From the NCBI GenBank assembly GCA_036375135.1, contig DASUSL010000242.1:6388-70387 (forward strand): 64,000 nt of DNA, given 5' to 3'. The stretch is from Thermoanaerobaculia bacterium. GTDB lineage: Bacteria > Acidobacteriota > Thermoanaerobaculia > Gp7-AA8. The translations under genes and the position numbers were made by a program. This document shows positions 35,485 through 43,626 of this stretch, one piece after another. The notes below the pieces were generated by a model. The model worked only from the letters and a program-made list of their open reading frames with translations. It had not been told where the DNA came from and searched no databases. Position 1 is the stretch's first letter, and every line of letters begins with the position of its first letter.

Positions 35485-36337
35485 GCAGGCAGCACGCGTC
35501 CTGACGCATCCCGCTCTTGCCCGCCGCCGGTTCGAGGAAATGGCCGGCCGTCCCGAGGCGCTGCTCGACCTCGTCGAGGCCTCGCTGATGATCGATCTCG
35601 AGGAGAATCCGCGCCTCGACGTCGATCGCCACCTCGGCAATGTCCAGGCGTGGAGCGACGCCGTGCGCCAGCGCCTCGAAGGCTCACGCGCCGTCGAGCG
35701 CATCGTCGAGACCATCAACCGCATCCTCTTCGACGAGGAAGGCTTCCACGGCGAGAACGAGGATTACTACGACCCGCGCAGCGCGCTGCTGAGCGAGGCG
35801 CTCGATCGTCACTCCGGGCTGCCGATCACGCTGTCGATCCTCTACCTCGAGCTGTCGCGCCGCATCGGCATCGACGCCGCCGGCGTCTCGCTGCCGGGGC
35901 GTTTCCTGGTCAAGTTCACGGGGCCGTTCGGCGTCATCGTCGTCGATCCGTTCGACGGCGGCCGCGTGCTGTCGACCGCCGAGCTGCAGAAGATCCTCGA
36001 CGGCATGTACGGCGGCGGCGTGCGTCTGCGCGAGCATCACCTCCGCTCCTTCTCGCCGCGGGAGATCCTCGCGCGCGAGCTGGCGCAGCTCAAGGCCGCA
36101 TACCTCGCGCAGCACGACCTCGCCCGCGCGGCGGCGTCGATCGACCGGCTGCTGATCCTCGACGGCCGCGACGCGTACGAAGTCCGCGACCGCGCCGCGC
36201 TGGCCGTGCAACTGCACGCCTACGTGCAGGCCATCGAGCTGTTCGAGCGCTACCTGACGCTCATGCCGTCGGCGGACGACCGCTCGCGGGTGCGGGAGCA
36301 GATCGGGTATCTGAGGGCGTGGCTGGAGCAGAACTAA
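35483..36337 (+). CDS. SirB1/YchA-like transglutaminase-fold + TPR protein
   Basis: It has EGFHGENEDYYDPRSALLSEALDRHSGLPITLSILYLELSRRIG and a C-terminal TPR. Confidence 0.75.
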   Translation: MQAARVLTHPALARRRFEEMAGRPEALLDLVEASLMIDLEENPRLDVDRHLGNVQAWSDAVRQRLEGSRAVERIVETINRILFDEEGFHGENEDYYDPRSALLSEALDRHSGLPITLSILYLELSRRIGIDAAGVSLPGRFLVKFTGPFGVIVVDPFDGGRVLSTAELQKILDGMYGGGVRLREHHLRSFSPREILARELAQLKAAYLAQHDLARAAASIDRLLILDGRDAYEVRDRAALAVQLHAYVQAIELFERYLTLMPSADDRSRVREQIGYLRAWLEQN

Positions 36338-36340
36338 ACA

Positions 36341-36424
36341 GTGCTGAGTGCTGAGTGCTGGGTGCTGAGTTCCGGCGGCTCTCAGCACTCAGCACTCAGC
36401 ACTCAGCACCCGGTACTCAGCACC
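36341..36424. repeat. hairpin made of tandem heptamers (GTGCTGA / TCAGCAC)
   Basis: (GTGCTGA)x2 GTGCTGG GTGCTGA - loop - (TCAGCAC)x4 ... TCAGCAC, directly after the stop of the SirB1-like gene. Confidence 0.8.
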
Positions 36425-36442
36425 TGCTAACATCCGCCTTCC

Positions 36443-37147
36443 GTGATCACCGGCTTCAACACCGACATCAAGCACAACGAGAAGGTCTACCATGTCCAGA
36501 CCGAGGACAAGGGTGTCGGGAACCCGTACATCGAGTCGCTGGTGTACGTCGGCGGCGAGATCCTGGCGTCGAAGAAGACCTCGTACGCCGAGCAGCTCAA
36601 GACCGGGGTCGACGACAAGTGGATCGGCGGGCTGATGGAGCAGCAGCACCGCACGATGATCGCGGCCATCAAGCGCGGGCGCTTCGACGCACCGGCGGAC
36701 GTGACCAAGTCCGGCGCTCCGCCCCTGAGCGGCACGCTCTCGAAGGAGCCGGTGCCTCCTCCTCCGCCGCATACGCCGATCGACGACGAGAAGACGCTCG
36801 ATCAGGTGATCATCGACTATCTCGTGTCCGAGGCCGAGAGCGAGCATCTCGAGCTGGCGCTGATCGACCAGGTCGAGTTCTTCGCCGGCTCGCCGATCGA
36901 GCTGCGCGTCGCGGCGCGGAAGAGCCTCTCGCAGGCGCCGATCGCGGCCGCCGCCATCGAGGTGAAGGTCATCTCGACGGTCGAGCCGCCGCGGGTGATC
37001 TTCCGCGGCAAGACCGCGGCGGATGGGAGCGCCATGGTTCGCTGCACGATTCCGTCGTTCCGCGAAGGGACCGCGGCCGTGATCATCTCGGCGCAGAGTC
37101 CCATCGGGAACGACGAGGTGAAGCAGCTCGTGAAGCGGAGGAAATAG
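36443..37147 (+). CDS. conserved hypothetical protein
   Basis: 234-aa ORF with a GTG start and a coding-like composition (ITGFNTDIKHNEKVYHVQTEDKG...). I see no recognisable domain. Confidence 0.55.
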   Translation: MITGFNTDIKHNEKVYHVQTEDKGVGNPYIESLVYVGGEILASKKTSYAEQLKTGVDDKWIGGLMEQQHRTMIAAIKRGRFDAPADVTKSGAPPLSGTLSKEPVPPPPPHTPIDDEKTLDQVIIDYLVSEAESEHLELALIDQVEFFAGSPIELRVAARKSLSQAPIAAAAIEVKVISTVEPPRVIFRGKTAADGSAMVRCTIPSFREGTAAVIISAQSPIGNDEVKQLVKRRK

Positions 37148-37225
37148 TGCGCAGTGTCGGGTGCGGAGTGTCGGGAGCGACGCACTCGGCATGCAGCACT
37201 CGGCACCCAGCAGTCGCCTTCGGCA
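37148..37225. repeat. imperfect palindrome with heptad periodicity (GTGYSSR ... GCAYYCR)
   Basis: GTGCGCA GTGTCGG GTGCGGA GTGTCGG GAGCGAC GCACTCG GCATGCA GCACTCG GCACCCA. It starts at the stop of 36443..37147. Confidence 0.6.
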
Positions 37226-37248
37226 CTTTTCTTTCATAGGTCCGGCCT

Positions 37249-39657
37249 GTGTTTCGCTCGAAGTCTGTCCGCGCATTCGCAATCCTCGCCGGGCTCGTGG
37301 GGACGATCTACTTCGTCGTCAGCCTTTTCCTGCCGTCGTCGCGGCGCCTGATCTTCGGCGTCGACAAGAGCACCGGCCGCGTGCGGCTGGTGCAGAACAA
37401 AGTCACCTTCCTCCCGCCGCACCAGTTCTATCGCCTCGAGTTCGAGAAGCGGAACGGCGCGGCGCAGCGCGATGACCTGGTGCGCATCCTCTCGAAGGAT
37501 CGCGTGCCGGTCACGCTCTCGTACCGCATCCGCTTCACGTTGCCGGGCGACCGGCTCGAAGACGCGCGCGGCCTCGTGCGCGACGGCTGGAGCGCCTGGA
37601 TCCGCACGCGCGTGGGGGAGGCCGTCTCCGCGGTCACGCAGCAGGTGCCGGTCGAGGAGCTGCTCTCGCCGACGTCGCAGTTCGCCAGGCAGCGCAACGT
37701 GCTGCGCCAGGTCGTGCAGAACCATCTCGCCCGCAGCGGCCTGAAAGTGGAGGCGTTCGAGATCGCCTCCATGGAGCCGGACCGCCGCGCGCTGCTCGAC
37801 TACAAGCGCGCGGAGCTGCGCCGCAACGCGCGCGGCATCGCCGGTCGCGTGGCCATCTTCGCCATCGACGGCGCGGACTGGGAGCTGATCTCCGAGCTCT
37901 CCGCCGACGGCCGCATCCCGAACATCCGCGCCCTCGCGCTGGGCGGCACCACCGCCTCGCTGCAGACGATCCAGCCCACGGTGTCGCCGCTGGTGTGGGC
38001 CACCGCCGCGACCGGCCTCTCGCCCGACCGCCACGGCGTGCTCGACTTCACCGATCAGAAGCGTCCCGCCGACGCCGGCACGCGCCGCGCGCCGGCGCTC
38101 TGGGACATCGCCCAGGCGTTCGGACGCCCGGCCATGGTCGTGAACTGGTGGACGTCATGGCCGCCGCGCATGGACGGCCCGGTGACCTTCGACGCGCCGG
38201 TGACGATGCTCCCCGGTGCGGTCGAACCGGCCGGGCTGCGCCCGCGCATCGCGCCGCAGGTCGTCGACCCGCGGACGGTCGGCTTCGGACAGGTCGGCCG
38301 CTTTCTCAACATCACGGCGAACGAGTTCGATGAAGCCGTCGCGCGCGGCGGTCCCGCCGATCCGGTGAACGTCTTCCGCGACGTGCTCGCCAAGACGTGG
38401 ACCGATCACCGCGTCGGCATCAGCCTCTACCAGCAGCACGACCCGCTGGTGCTGATGATGTCGTACGAGGGCACCGACGCCGTCAATCACCTCTTCGCGC
38501 CGTATCACCCGCCGTACCGCGAGGGGATGCCGCAGACGGAGTACCGCAAGTACTGGCCGACGGTCGCGAATTACTACTCCGAGGTCGATCGCCTGATCGG
38601 CGAGTGGATGAAGGTGCTGAGCGACGACACCACGGTGATCATCATGTCGGCGCACGGTTTCCGTTGGGGGCAGAAGCGGCCGCGCACGTCGCCGGTGGGA
38701 CGCAGCGCGCTCTCCGACCATCGCAATCCCGGCGTCTTCATCGCGTACGGGAACCACGTCGCGCCGAACCGCGGCAATCACTCGATCTCCATCTACGACG
38801 TCGTCCCGACCGTGCTCTCGCTCCTCGGCCTGCCGAAGAGCGTGGAGATGCCGGGCAAGCACGCGGACTGGGTGTTCCGCGACATCGCGCCGGTGACGTC
38901 GGTGCGCGTCATCAGCTACGACGAGTTCTTCGCCGGACGTCCCGCCGGCGGCGGCAGCGCCGTCGATCCGCAGCAGTACACGCAGCGGCTGCAGGCCATC
39001 GGACACCTCGTCGATCCGTCGCGCATGCAGCCGGTCTTCGAGGACGAGGACGACCAGCCGGTCCAGAGCGCGGCCATCAATCCCGCGCAATGGGGCGTGT
39101 ACGCGCACTTCAACAATCAGGGCATCGAGCTGCGCAAGCAGAAAAAGTACAAGGAGTCGATCGAGGCCTTCCAGGCGGCGATCGACGCCAATCCGACGCG
39201 CTTCACGCCGTACCTGAACATGGCCATGGTGCTGTTCGACCGGCAGCAGTTCACCGCCGCGGAGAACGTGTTCATGATGGCCGTGCAGCGCGGGCTGCCG
39301 AATCCGGAGCAGTGGTTCCTCGACTTCGCCGCGCTGTACCGCGCGCAGAACATGACCTCGCGCGCGATCACGCTGCTCTACAAGGCCAAGCAGGTCTTCC
39401 CGCAGTCGTACCTGATCGCGGCCAATCTCGGCTCCGCGCTCGCGCAGTCGAAGCGCTACACCGAGGGCTTACCCGAGCTCGAGCGCGCCCTCGGACTGCA
39501 GCCGTCGTCGACGCTGGTGCTCAACAACCTGGCCGTGTTCTACGCAAGGCAGGAGGAGTACGCACGCGCCCTCGACTTCTGGAACCGCTCCCTGGCGATC
39601 GATCCCAGACAGCCCAAGGTACGCGTCGCAGTGGAGGCCGCCAGGACGCGACTTTAG
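37249..39657 (+). CDS. SPFH/Band-7-like + alkaline-phosphatase/type-I phosphodiesterase-like + TPR multidomain membrane protein
   Basis: It has an N-terminal TM and an SPFH-like segment. The middle reads FAIDGADWE...TIQPTVSPLVWATAATG...MSAHGF. The C-terminus has TPR repeats. Confidence 0.6.
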   Translation: MFRSKSVRAFAILAGLVGTIYFVVSLFLPSSRRLIFGVDKSTGRVRLVQNKVTFLPPHQFYRLEFEKRNGAAQRDDLVRILSKDRVPVTLSYRIRFTLPGDRLEDARGLVRDGWSAWIRTRVGEAVSAVTQQVPVEELLSPTSQFARQRNVLRQVVQNHLARSGLKVEAFEIASMEPDRRALLDYKRAELRRNARGIAGRVAIFAIDGADWELISELSADGRIPNIRALALGGTTASLQTIQPTVSPLVWATAATGLSPDRHGVLDFTDQKRPADAGTRRAPALWDIAQAFGRPAMVVNWWTSWPPRMDGPVTFDAPVTMLPGAVEPAGLRPRIAPQVVDPRTVGFGQVGRFLNITANEFDEAVARGGPADPVNVFRDVLAKTWTDHRVGISLYQQHDPLVLMMSYEGTDAVNHLFAPYHPPYREGMPQTEYRKYWPTVANYYSEVDRLIGEWMKVLSDDTTVIIMSAHGFRWGQKRPRTSPVGRSALSDHRNPGVFIAYGNHVAPNRGNHSISIYDVVPTVLSLLGLPKSVEMPGKHADWVFRDIAPVTSVRVISYDEFFAGRPAGGGSAVDPQQYTQRLQAIGHLVDPSRMQPVFEDEDDQPVQSAAINPAQWGVYAHFNNQGIELRKQKKYKESIEAFQAAIDANPTRFTPYLNMAMVLFDRQQFTAAENVFMMAVQRGLPNPEQWFLDFAALYRAQNMTSRAITLLYKAKQVFPQSYLIAANLGSALAQSKRYTEGLPELERALGLQPSSTLVLNNLAVFYARQEEYARALDFWNRSLAIDPRQPKVRVAVEAARTRL

Positions 39658-39747
39658 GAGTGCGGCGGCGACGAGCCGCCGCTTTCCTACCCGCCGTGCG
39701 ACGCATGCACGCTCACCAAAGCGGTGGCTCGTCGCCACCGCACTCCT
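39656..39747. repeat. family-C inverted-repeat element (AGGAGTGCGG...CCGCACTCCT)
   Basis: The left arm is AGGAGTGCGGCGGCGACGAGCCGCCGCTTTCC and the right arm is CCAAAGCGGTGGCTCGTCGCCACCGCACTCCT. A related copy is at 44971-45078. Confidence 0.8.
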
Positions 39748-39799
39748 AAAGGGTGAACGTCGTCCCGGCCGATGTGCCCGGCGGGTTGCGGTACGTCTT
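39746..39799 (-). pseudogene. relic 3' end (last ~17 codons) of a third copy of the 39837/40684 paralog family
   Basis: The reverse strand reads KTYRNPPGTSAGTTFTL*. The intact genes end KTYRNPPGTVGGAVDRTTFTF* and KTYRNPPGVVGGGVDRTTFTTAN*. Confidence 0.55.
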
Positions 39800-39800
39800 A

Positions 39801-39838
39801 CGCTCACCAAAGCGGTGGCTCGTCGCCACCGCACTCCT
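39801..39838. repeat. duplicate of the family-C right arm
   Basis: CGCTCACCAAAGCGGTGGCTCGTCGCCACCGCACTCCT is identical to 39710-39747. Confidence 0.85.
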
Positions 39839-40658
39839 AAAAGGTGAATGTCGTCCGGTCGACCGCGCCGCCGACTGTGCCCGGCGGGTTGCGGTACGTC
39901 TTCGTCACGCCGCTCTGCGTGTCCGTCACCGTCACCGTGTACTCGAGGTCCGTCAGCCCGCCGTAGTACACATCGAAGCGATTCAAGCCGAATGGGCGCG
40001 CGTCCTGGATGCGTACCACCACCTCGATCGCCTCCGGCGCGCTGATGCCGAAGATGGCCACGTCGGGATTCTGCGATCCCTCGCGCAGCTTCTTCGCCAG
40101 GAAGTTGCCCGGCTGCGGTGGATTGGCGAACTGATTCACGAAAGCGATCGAGACGCGGAAGCGTCCGTCGTTCAGGCAGGCTACCGTCGCCGCCGGCGTG
40201 CAGGTCGGCTGCGCGTTGCTGCACGTCAGCGTCAGCGTGTAGGCGCCGGTCTGCGCCGGCGCGTTCGGGCCGACGTAGAACTCGTATTGCCCCGTCACGT
40301 CGGCCGTGAAGCTCACCGTGATCGAGCCGCGGGGCGCCGTGCCCATCCCCTGCACGATGTAGTCATCGAGTTCCGGACGCGAGACGCCGATCTCCGGGAT
40401 GAAGTCGTCCACTGCCGTGAGCGTGGCCTGGTAGAACTGGCCCGCGGTCAGAAAGATGCGGTGGACGTTGTAGTAGTAGCCCTCGTCCGTGCAGCCGAGC
40501 GTGTCCACCAGGTCGGTGACCGTCATGCCGCAGCCGCCGGTGTCGTGGTACGTGCACTCGTGGTCCTGCGAGACGGGCTTGCGACCACGCTCCGCTGCGT
40601 CGGCGGCGATGGTGAGAGCGAACAGCAGCACGGCGATCGATGTGCGCATGGAGCGCAC
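39837..40658 (-). CDS. secreted Cys-containing protein, unknown function (tandem paralog 1)
   Basis: It has a signal peptide, and long stretches match 40684..41484 (e.g. RFRVS[IV]AFVNQFANPPQPG[ND]FLA.KLR). Confidence 0.65.
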   Translation of the reverse strand: MRSMRTSIAVLLFALTIAADAAERGRKPVSQDHECTYHDTGGCGMTVTDLVDTLGCTDEGYYYNVHRIFLTAGQFYQATLTAVDDFIPEIGVSRPELDDYIVQGMGTAPRGSITVSFTADVTGQYEFYVGPNAPAQTGAYTLTLTCSNAQPTCTPAATVACLNDGRFRVSIAFVNQFANPPQPGNFLAKKLREGSQNPDVAIFGISAPEAIEVVVRIQDARPFGLNRFDVYYGGLTDLEYTVTVTDTQSGVTKTYRNPPGTVGGAVDRTTFTF

Positions 40659-40683
40659 ATCGATGCCATGCCCGTGCCGCGGA

Positions 40684-41484
40684 CTAGTTCGCCGTGGTGA
40701 AAGTCGTGCGGTCGACTCCGCCTCCGACCACTCCCGGCGGGTTTCGATACGTCTTCGTCACATTGCGAATCGTGTCGGTGACCGTGACCGTGTACTCGAG
40801 GTCGGTCAGCCCGCCGTAATAGACGTCGAAGCGATTGAAGCCGAACGGCCGCGTGTCCTGGATGCGCACCACCACTTCGATCAGCGCGAAGTTCGTGATG
40901 CCGAAGAGCGCGAGGTCGGGGTTGTCCGGGATGTCGCGCAGCTTGCCGGCCAGGAAGTCGCCCGGCTGCGGCGGGTTGGCGAACTGGTTCACGAACGCGA
41001 CCGACACACGGAAGCGTCCGTTCAGCAGACAGGCTTCCGTCGCGGTGGCCGTGCAGGTCGGCGGCGTGACGTCGCAGAGCAGCGAGAACTGATATCCGCC
41101 GAGGGTGTTCCGCGAGTTCGCTCCGACGTGGAACTCGTGGTAGCCGCTCACTTCCGCGGTGAACGTCGCCACCGCCACGCCTCCCGCGGGACCGACGGCC
41201 TGCACGAGGAACGTGTCGAGGTCGGGGCGGGTGATGCCGATCTCCGGCACGAAGTCGCCGCGCAGCCGCGCCTGGTAGGTGCGGCCCGCGTCGAGGAAGA
41301 TGCGATGGATGTTGTAGTAGTAGCCGTCGGTGACGCAGCCGGTGACGGTCACGGCGTCGCTGACGGTGAGGTCGCAGCCGCCGGTGTCGCGGTACCCGCA
41401 CTCATGCGCCTGGACAGCGGGCTTGCGCACGGGCTCGGCGGCGAGGGAGAGAGTGAAGAGGCAAACGGCGATGAGTGTGCGCAT
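40684..41484 (-). CDS. secreted Cys-containing protein, unknown function (tandem paralog 2)
   Basis: It has a signal peptide and is a paralog of 39837..40658. It lies divergent from fur. Confidence 0.65.
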   Translation of the reverse strand: MRTLIAVCLFTLSLAAEPVRKPAVQAHECGYRDTGGCDLTVSDAVTVTGCVTDGYYYNIHRIFLDAGRTYQARLRGDFVPEIGITRPDLDTFLVQAVGPAGGVAVATFTAEVSGYHEFHVGANSRNTLGGYQFSLLCDVTPPTCTATATEACLLNGRFRVSVAFVNQFANPPQPGDFLAGKLRDIPDNPDLALFGITNFALIEVVVRIQDTRPFGFNRFDVYYGGLTDLEYTVTVTDTIRNVTKTYRNPPGVVGGGVDRTTFTTAN

Positions 41485-41540
41485 GCCGGGAAGTCATTGC
41501 GACGGCAATGCCCGTCACGCCGTGGCGTGATGACGAACAC

Positions 41541-41569
41541 TTGACCCTGTTTGTCGAGACCACTAGACT
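41541..41569 (+). promoter_or_regulatory. candidate sigma70-type promoter of the fur operon
   Basis: TTGACC, then 17 nt, then TAGACT, about 40 nt upstream of the fur ATG. This is a sequence pattern only. Confidence 0.35.
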
Positions 41570-41582
41570 CTCCCGCAGCAAT

Positions 41583-41597
41583 TGAGACTCAGTCTCA
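41583..41597. promoter_or_regulatory. perfect 7-1-7 palindrome, candidate operator
   Basis: TGAGACT-C-AGTCTCA lies between the putative -10 and the fur ATG (41611). Confidence 0.4.
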
Positions 41598-41610
41598 GCA
41601 TCGGGAGAGC

Positions 41611-42114
41611 ATGGCCCACAACGTCGACCGCGAAGTGCAGCGCTTCCAGGACTTCCTGCAGGGACAGGGACAGAAGCTCACCGCCGAGCGCACCGCGCTC
41701 GTGCGCGAGATCTTCTCCACCCACTACCACTTCGAGGCCGACGAGCTGCTCTTCAAGATGAAAGAGAAGAACGTCAAGATCTCCCGGGCCACGGTCTACC
41801 GCACTCTCGAGCTGCTGGTGAAGTCGGGTCTCGTGCGCCGCGTGCACCTCGGCGAGGACCACTATCACTACGAGCACGTCAGCGGGAACTCGCACCACGA
41901 CCATCTCATCTGCACCGCCTGCGGCGGCGTGATCGAGTTCCACGACGAGGAGCTCGAGCGGCTGCAGATGGCCATCTGCGAGAAGAAGAAGTTCACTCCC
42001 ACGTTCCACAACCTCCAGATCCTCGGCGTCTGCGACTCCTGCAAGCGCAAAGGGCAGCACCCCGAATCGCCGGATCGCGTGCGCATGATCCAGCAGACCA
42101 AGCTCAGAAAGTGA
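41611..42114 (+). CDS. fur: Fur-family transcriptional regulator
   Basis: ATG inside ORF 41551..42114. It has a winged helix (ISRATVYRTLELL), HHDHLICTACGGVIEF and the C-terminal CDSC. Confidence 0.88.
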   Translation: MAHNVDREVQRFQDFLQGQGQKLTAERTALVREIFSTHYHFEADELLFKMKEKNVKISRATVYRTLELLVKSGLVRRVHLGEDHYHYEHVSGNSHHDHLICTACGGVIEFHDEELERLQMAICEKKKFTPTFHNLQILGVCDSCKRKGQHPESPDRVRMIQQTKLRK

Positions 42115-42118
42115 ACCC

Positions 42119-42871
42119 ATGATCCAGGCCCTGATCATCGTCTTCCGCGAAGGCTTCGAGGCGTTCCTCACCGTCGCCATCATCACCGCGTACCTGAAGA
42201 AGACCGGACGCAACGCCCTCCGCCCCGCGGTCTGGGCGGGCATCGGCGCGTCGATCCTCGCCAGCGCGGCCCTCGGCTACTGGCTGACGACGATCAGCAA
42301 CCAGCCGCTGTGGGAGGGGATCCTGGCCCTCGTCGCGGCCGTGCTCGTGGCCAGCTTCGTCATTCACATCTGGCGCGTCGCGCCGACGATGAAGAAGGAG
42401 ATGGAAGCGCAGCTCGAGCAGCGCGCCAGCAGCAGGTGGGCGTGGCTCGGCGTCTTCGGCTTCACGCTGCTGATGATCACGCGCGAGGGGATGGAGACCG
42501 CGCTGATGCTGATCCAGGTCGGCAACATGCCGCGCTTCTGGCTCGGCTGCGCGCTCGGCCTCGCCGCCGCGGCGTTCATGTCGTGGCTCTGGGCGCAGTA
42601 CGGACACCGCGTCAACGTGAAGCGCTTCTTCCAGGTCACGGGCCTCTTCCTGCTGCTGTTCACCGTGCAGATCCTCTTCTACGCCATCCATGAGTTCTCG
42701 GAGGCGGAGATCCTGCCGAACAGCGAGGCCATTCACCACGCCACCGAGCCCTACTCGGCGGACGGCCGCTGGAGCATGCACATCATGTTCGGCATGGTGG
42801 CCATCTGCGCGATCTGGCTGGCCGTGATGACGCTCAAAGACAAGATGAGTCAGCGCGCGGTCGAGGCATGA
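42119..42871 (+). CDS. FTR1/EfeU-family iron permease
   Basis: It has two REXXE motifs (REGFE, REGME) in TM helices. Confidence 0.88.
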   Translation: MIQALIIVFREGFEAFLTVAIITAYLKKTGRNALRPAVWAGIGASILASAALGYWLTTISNQPLWEGILALVAAVLVASFVIHIWRVAPTMKKEMEAQLEQRASSRWAWLGVFGFTLLMITREGMETALMLIQVGNMPRFWLGCALGLAAAAFMSWLWAQYGHRVNVKRFFQVTGLFLLLFTVQILFYAIHEFSEAEILPNSEAIHHATEPYSADGRWSMHIMFGMVAICAIWLAVMTLKDKMSQRAVEA

Positions 42872-43626
42872 CCGCGGCCGCGCTCCTCCTCGCCGCAGTC
42901 GTCCGCATGCAGTACCTGATGGGAACGACGTGCGAGATCTCCGCGCAATCGGAGACGCAGATCGAAGCCGCATTCGCCGAGGCGAAAAGGATCGAAGGAA
43001 TGCTCTCGACGTGGATCGCCGACAGTGAGCTGATCCGGGTGAACCGCGGCGCGGAGCCCGGTCCCGAGCTGCGCACGCTCCTCGATCGCGCCGGCGAATG
43101 GTCGAAAAAGACCGGCGGCGCCTTCGATCCGCGCTGGCGCGAGAAGGTGCACGGCGAAAAAGGATACGAGGCGGGCGCGTTCGGCAAGGGCTACGCGCTC
43201 GACCGCATGCTCGCGCTGACGAAGGGCGAAGCCACGATCGACTTCGGCGGCCAGCTCATCGTGCGCGGCTCGCGCGGCGTGGCCATCGCCGCCCCGGACG
43301 ACCGCGCCAGGCCGGTGCTGGAGCTGATCCTCACCGACGCCTCGCTCTCCACGAGCGGCAACTCCGAACAACCGGGACACATCCACGATCCGCGCACCGG
43401 CAAGTCGCATCCGGGACGCGGCTCCGTTTCCGTCATCGCCCGCGACGCGATGACGGCGGACATCCTCTCCACCGCACTTTTCGTCATGGGCGACGAAGAA
43501 GGCCTCCGCTGGGCGGACGCGCACGGCGTGGCGGCCGTCTTCATCACCGAGGCGAAAACGGTCCGGCGCTCGGCGCGCGCACCGCGCGTGATCCTGCTGG
43601 ACCCTGAATACACGATTAAGGATTGA
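42868..43626 (+). CDS. apbE: ApbE-family FAD:protein FMN transferase
   Basis: It has FGKGYALDRM, STSGNSE and HIHDPRTGKS. There are ATGA overlaps on both sides. Confidence 0.82.
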   Translation: MTAAALLLAAVVRMQYLMGTTCEISAQSETQIEAAFAEAKRIEGMLSTWIADSELIRVNRGAEPGPELRTLLDRAGEWSKKTGGAFDPRWREKVHGEKGYEAGAFGKGYALDRMLALTKGEATIDFGGQLIVRGSRGVAIAAPDDRARPVLELILTDASLSTSGNSEQPGHIHDPRTGKSHPGRGSVSVIARDAMTADILSTALFVMGDEEGLRWADAHGVAAVFITEAKTVRRSARAPRVILLDPEYTIKD

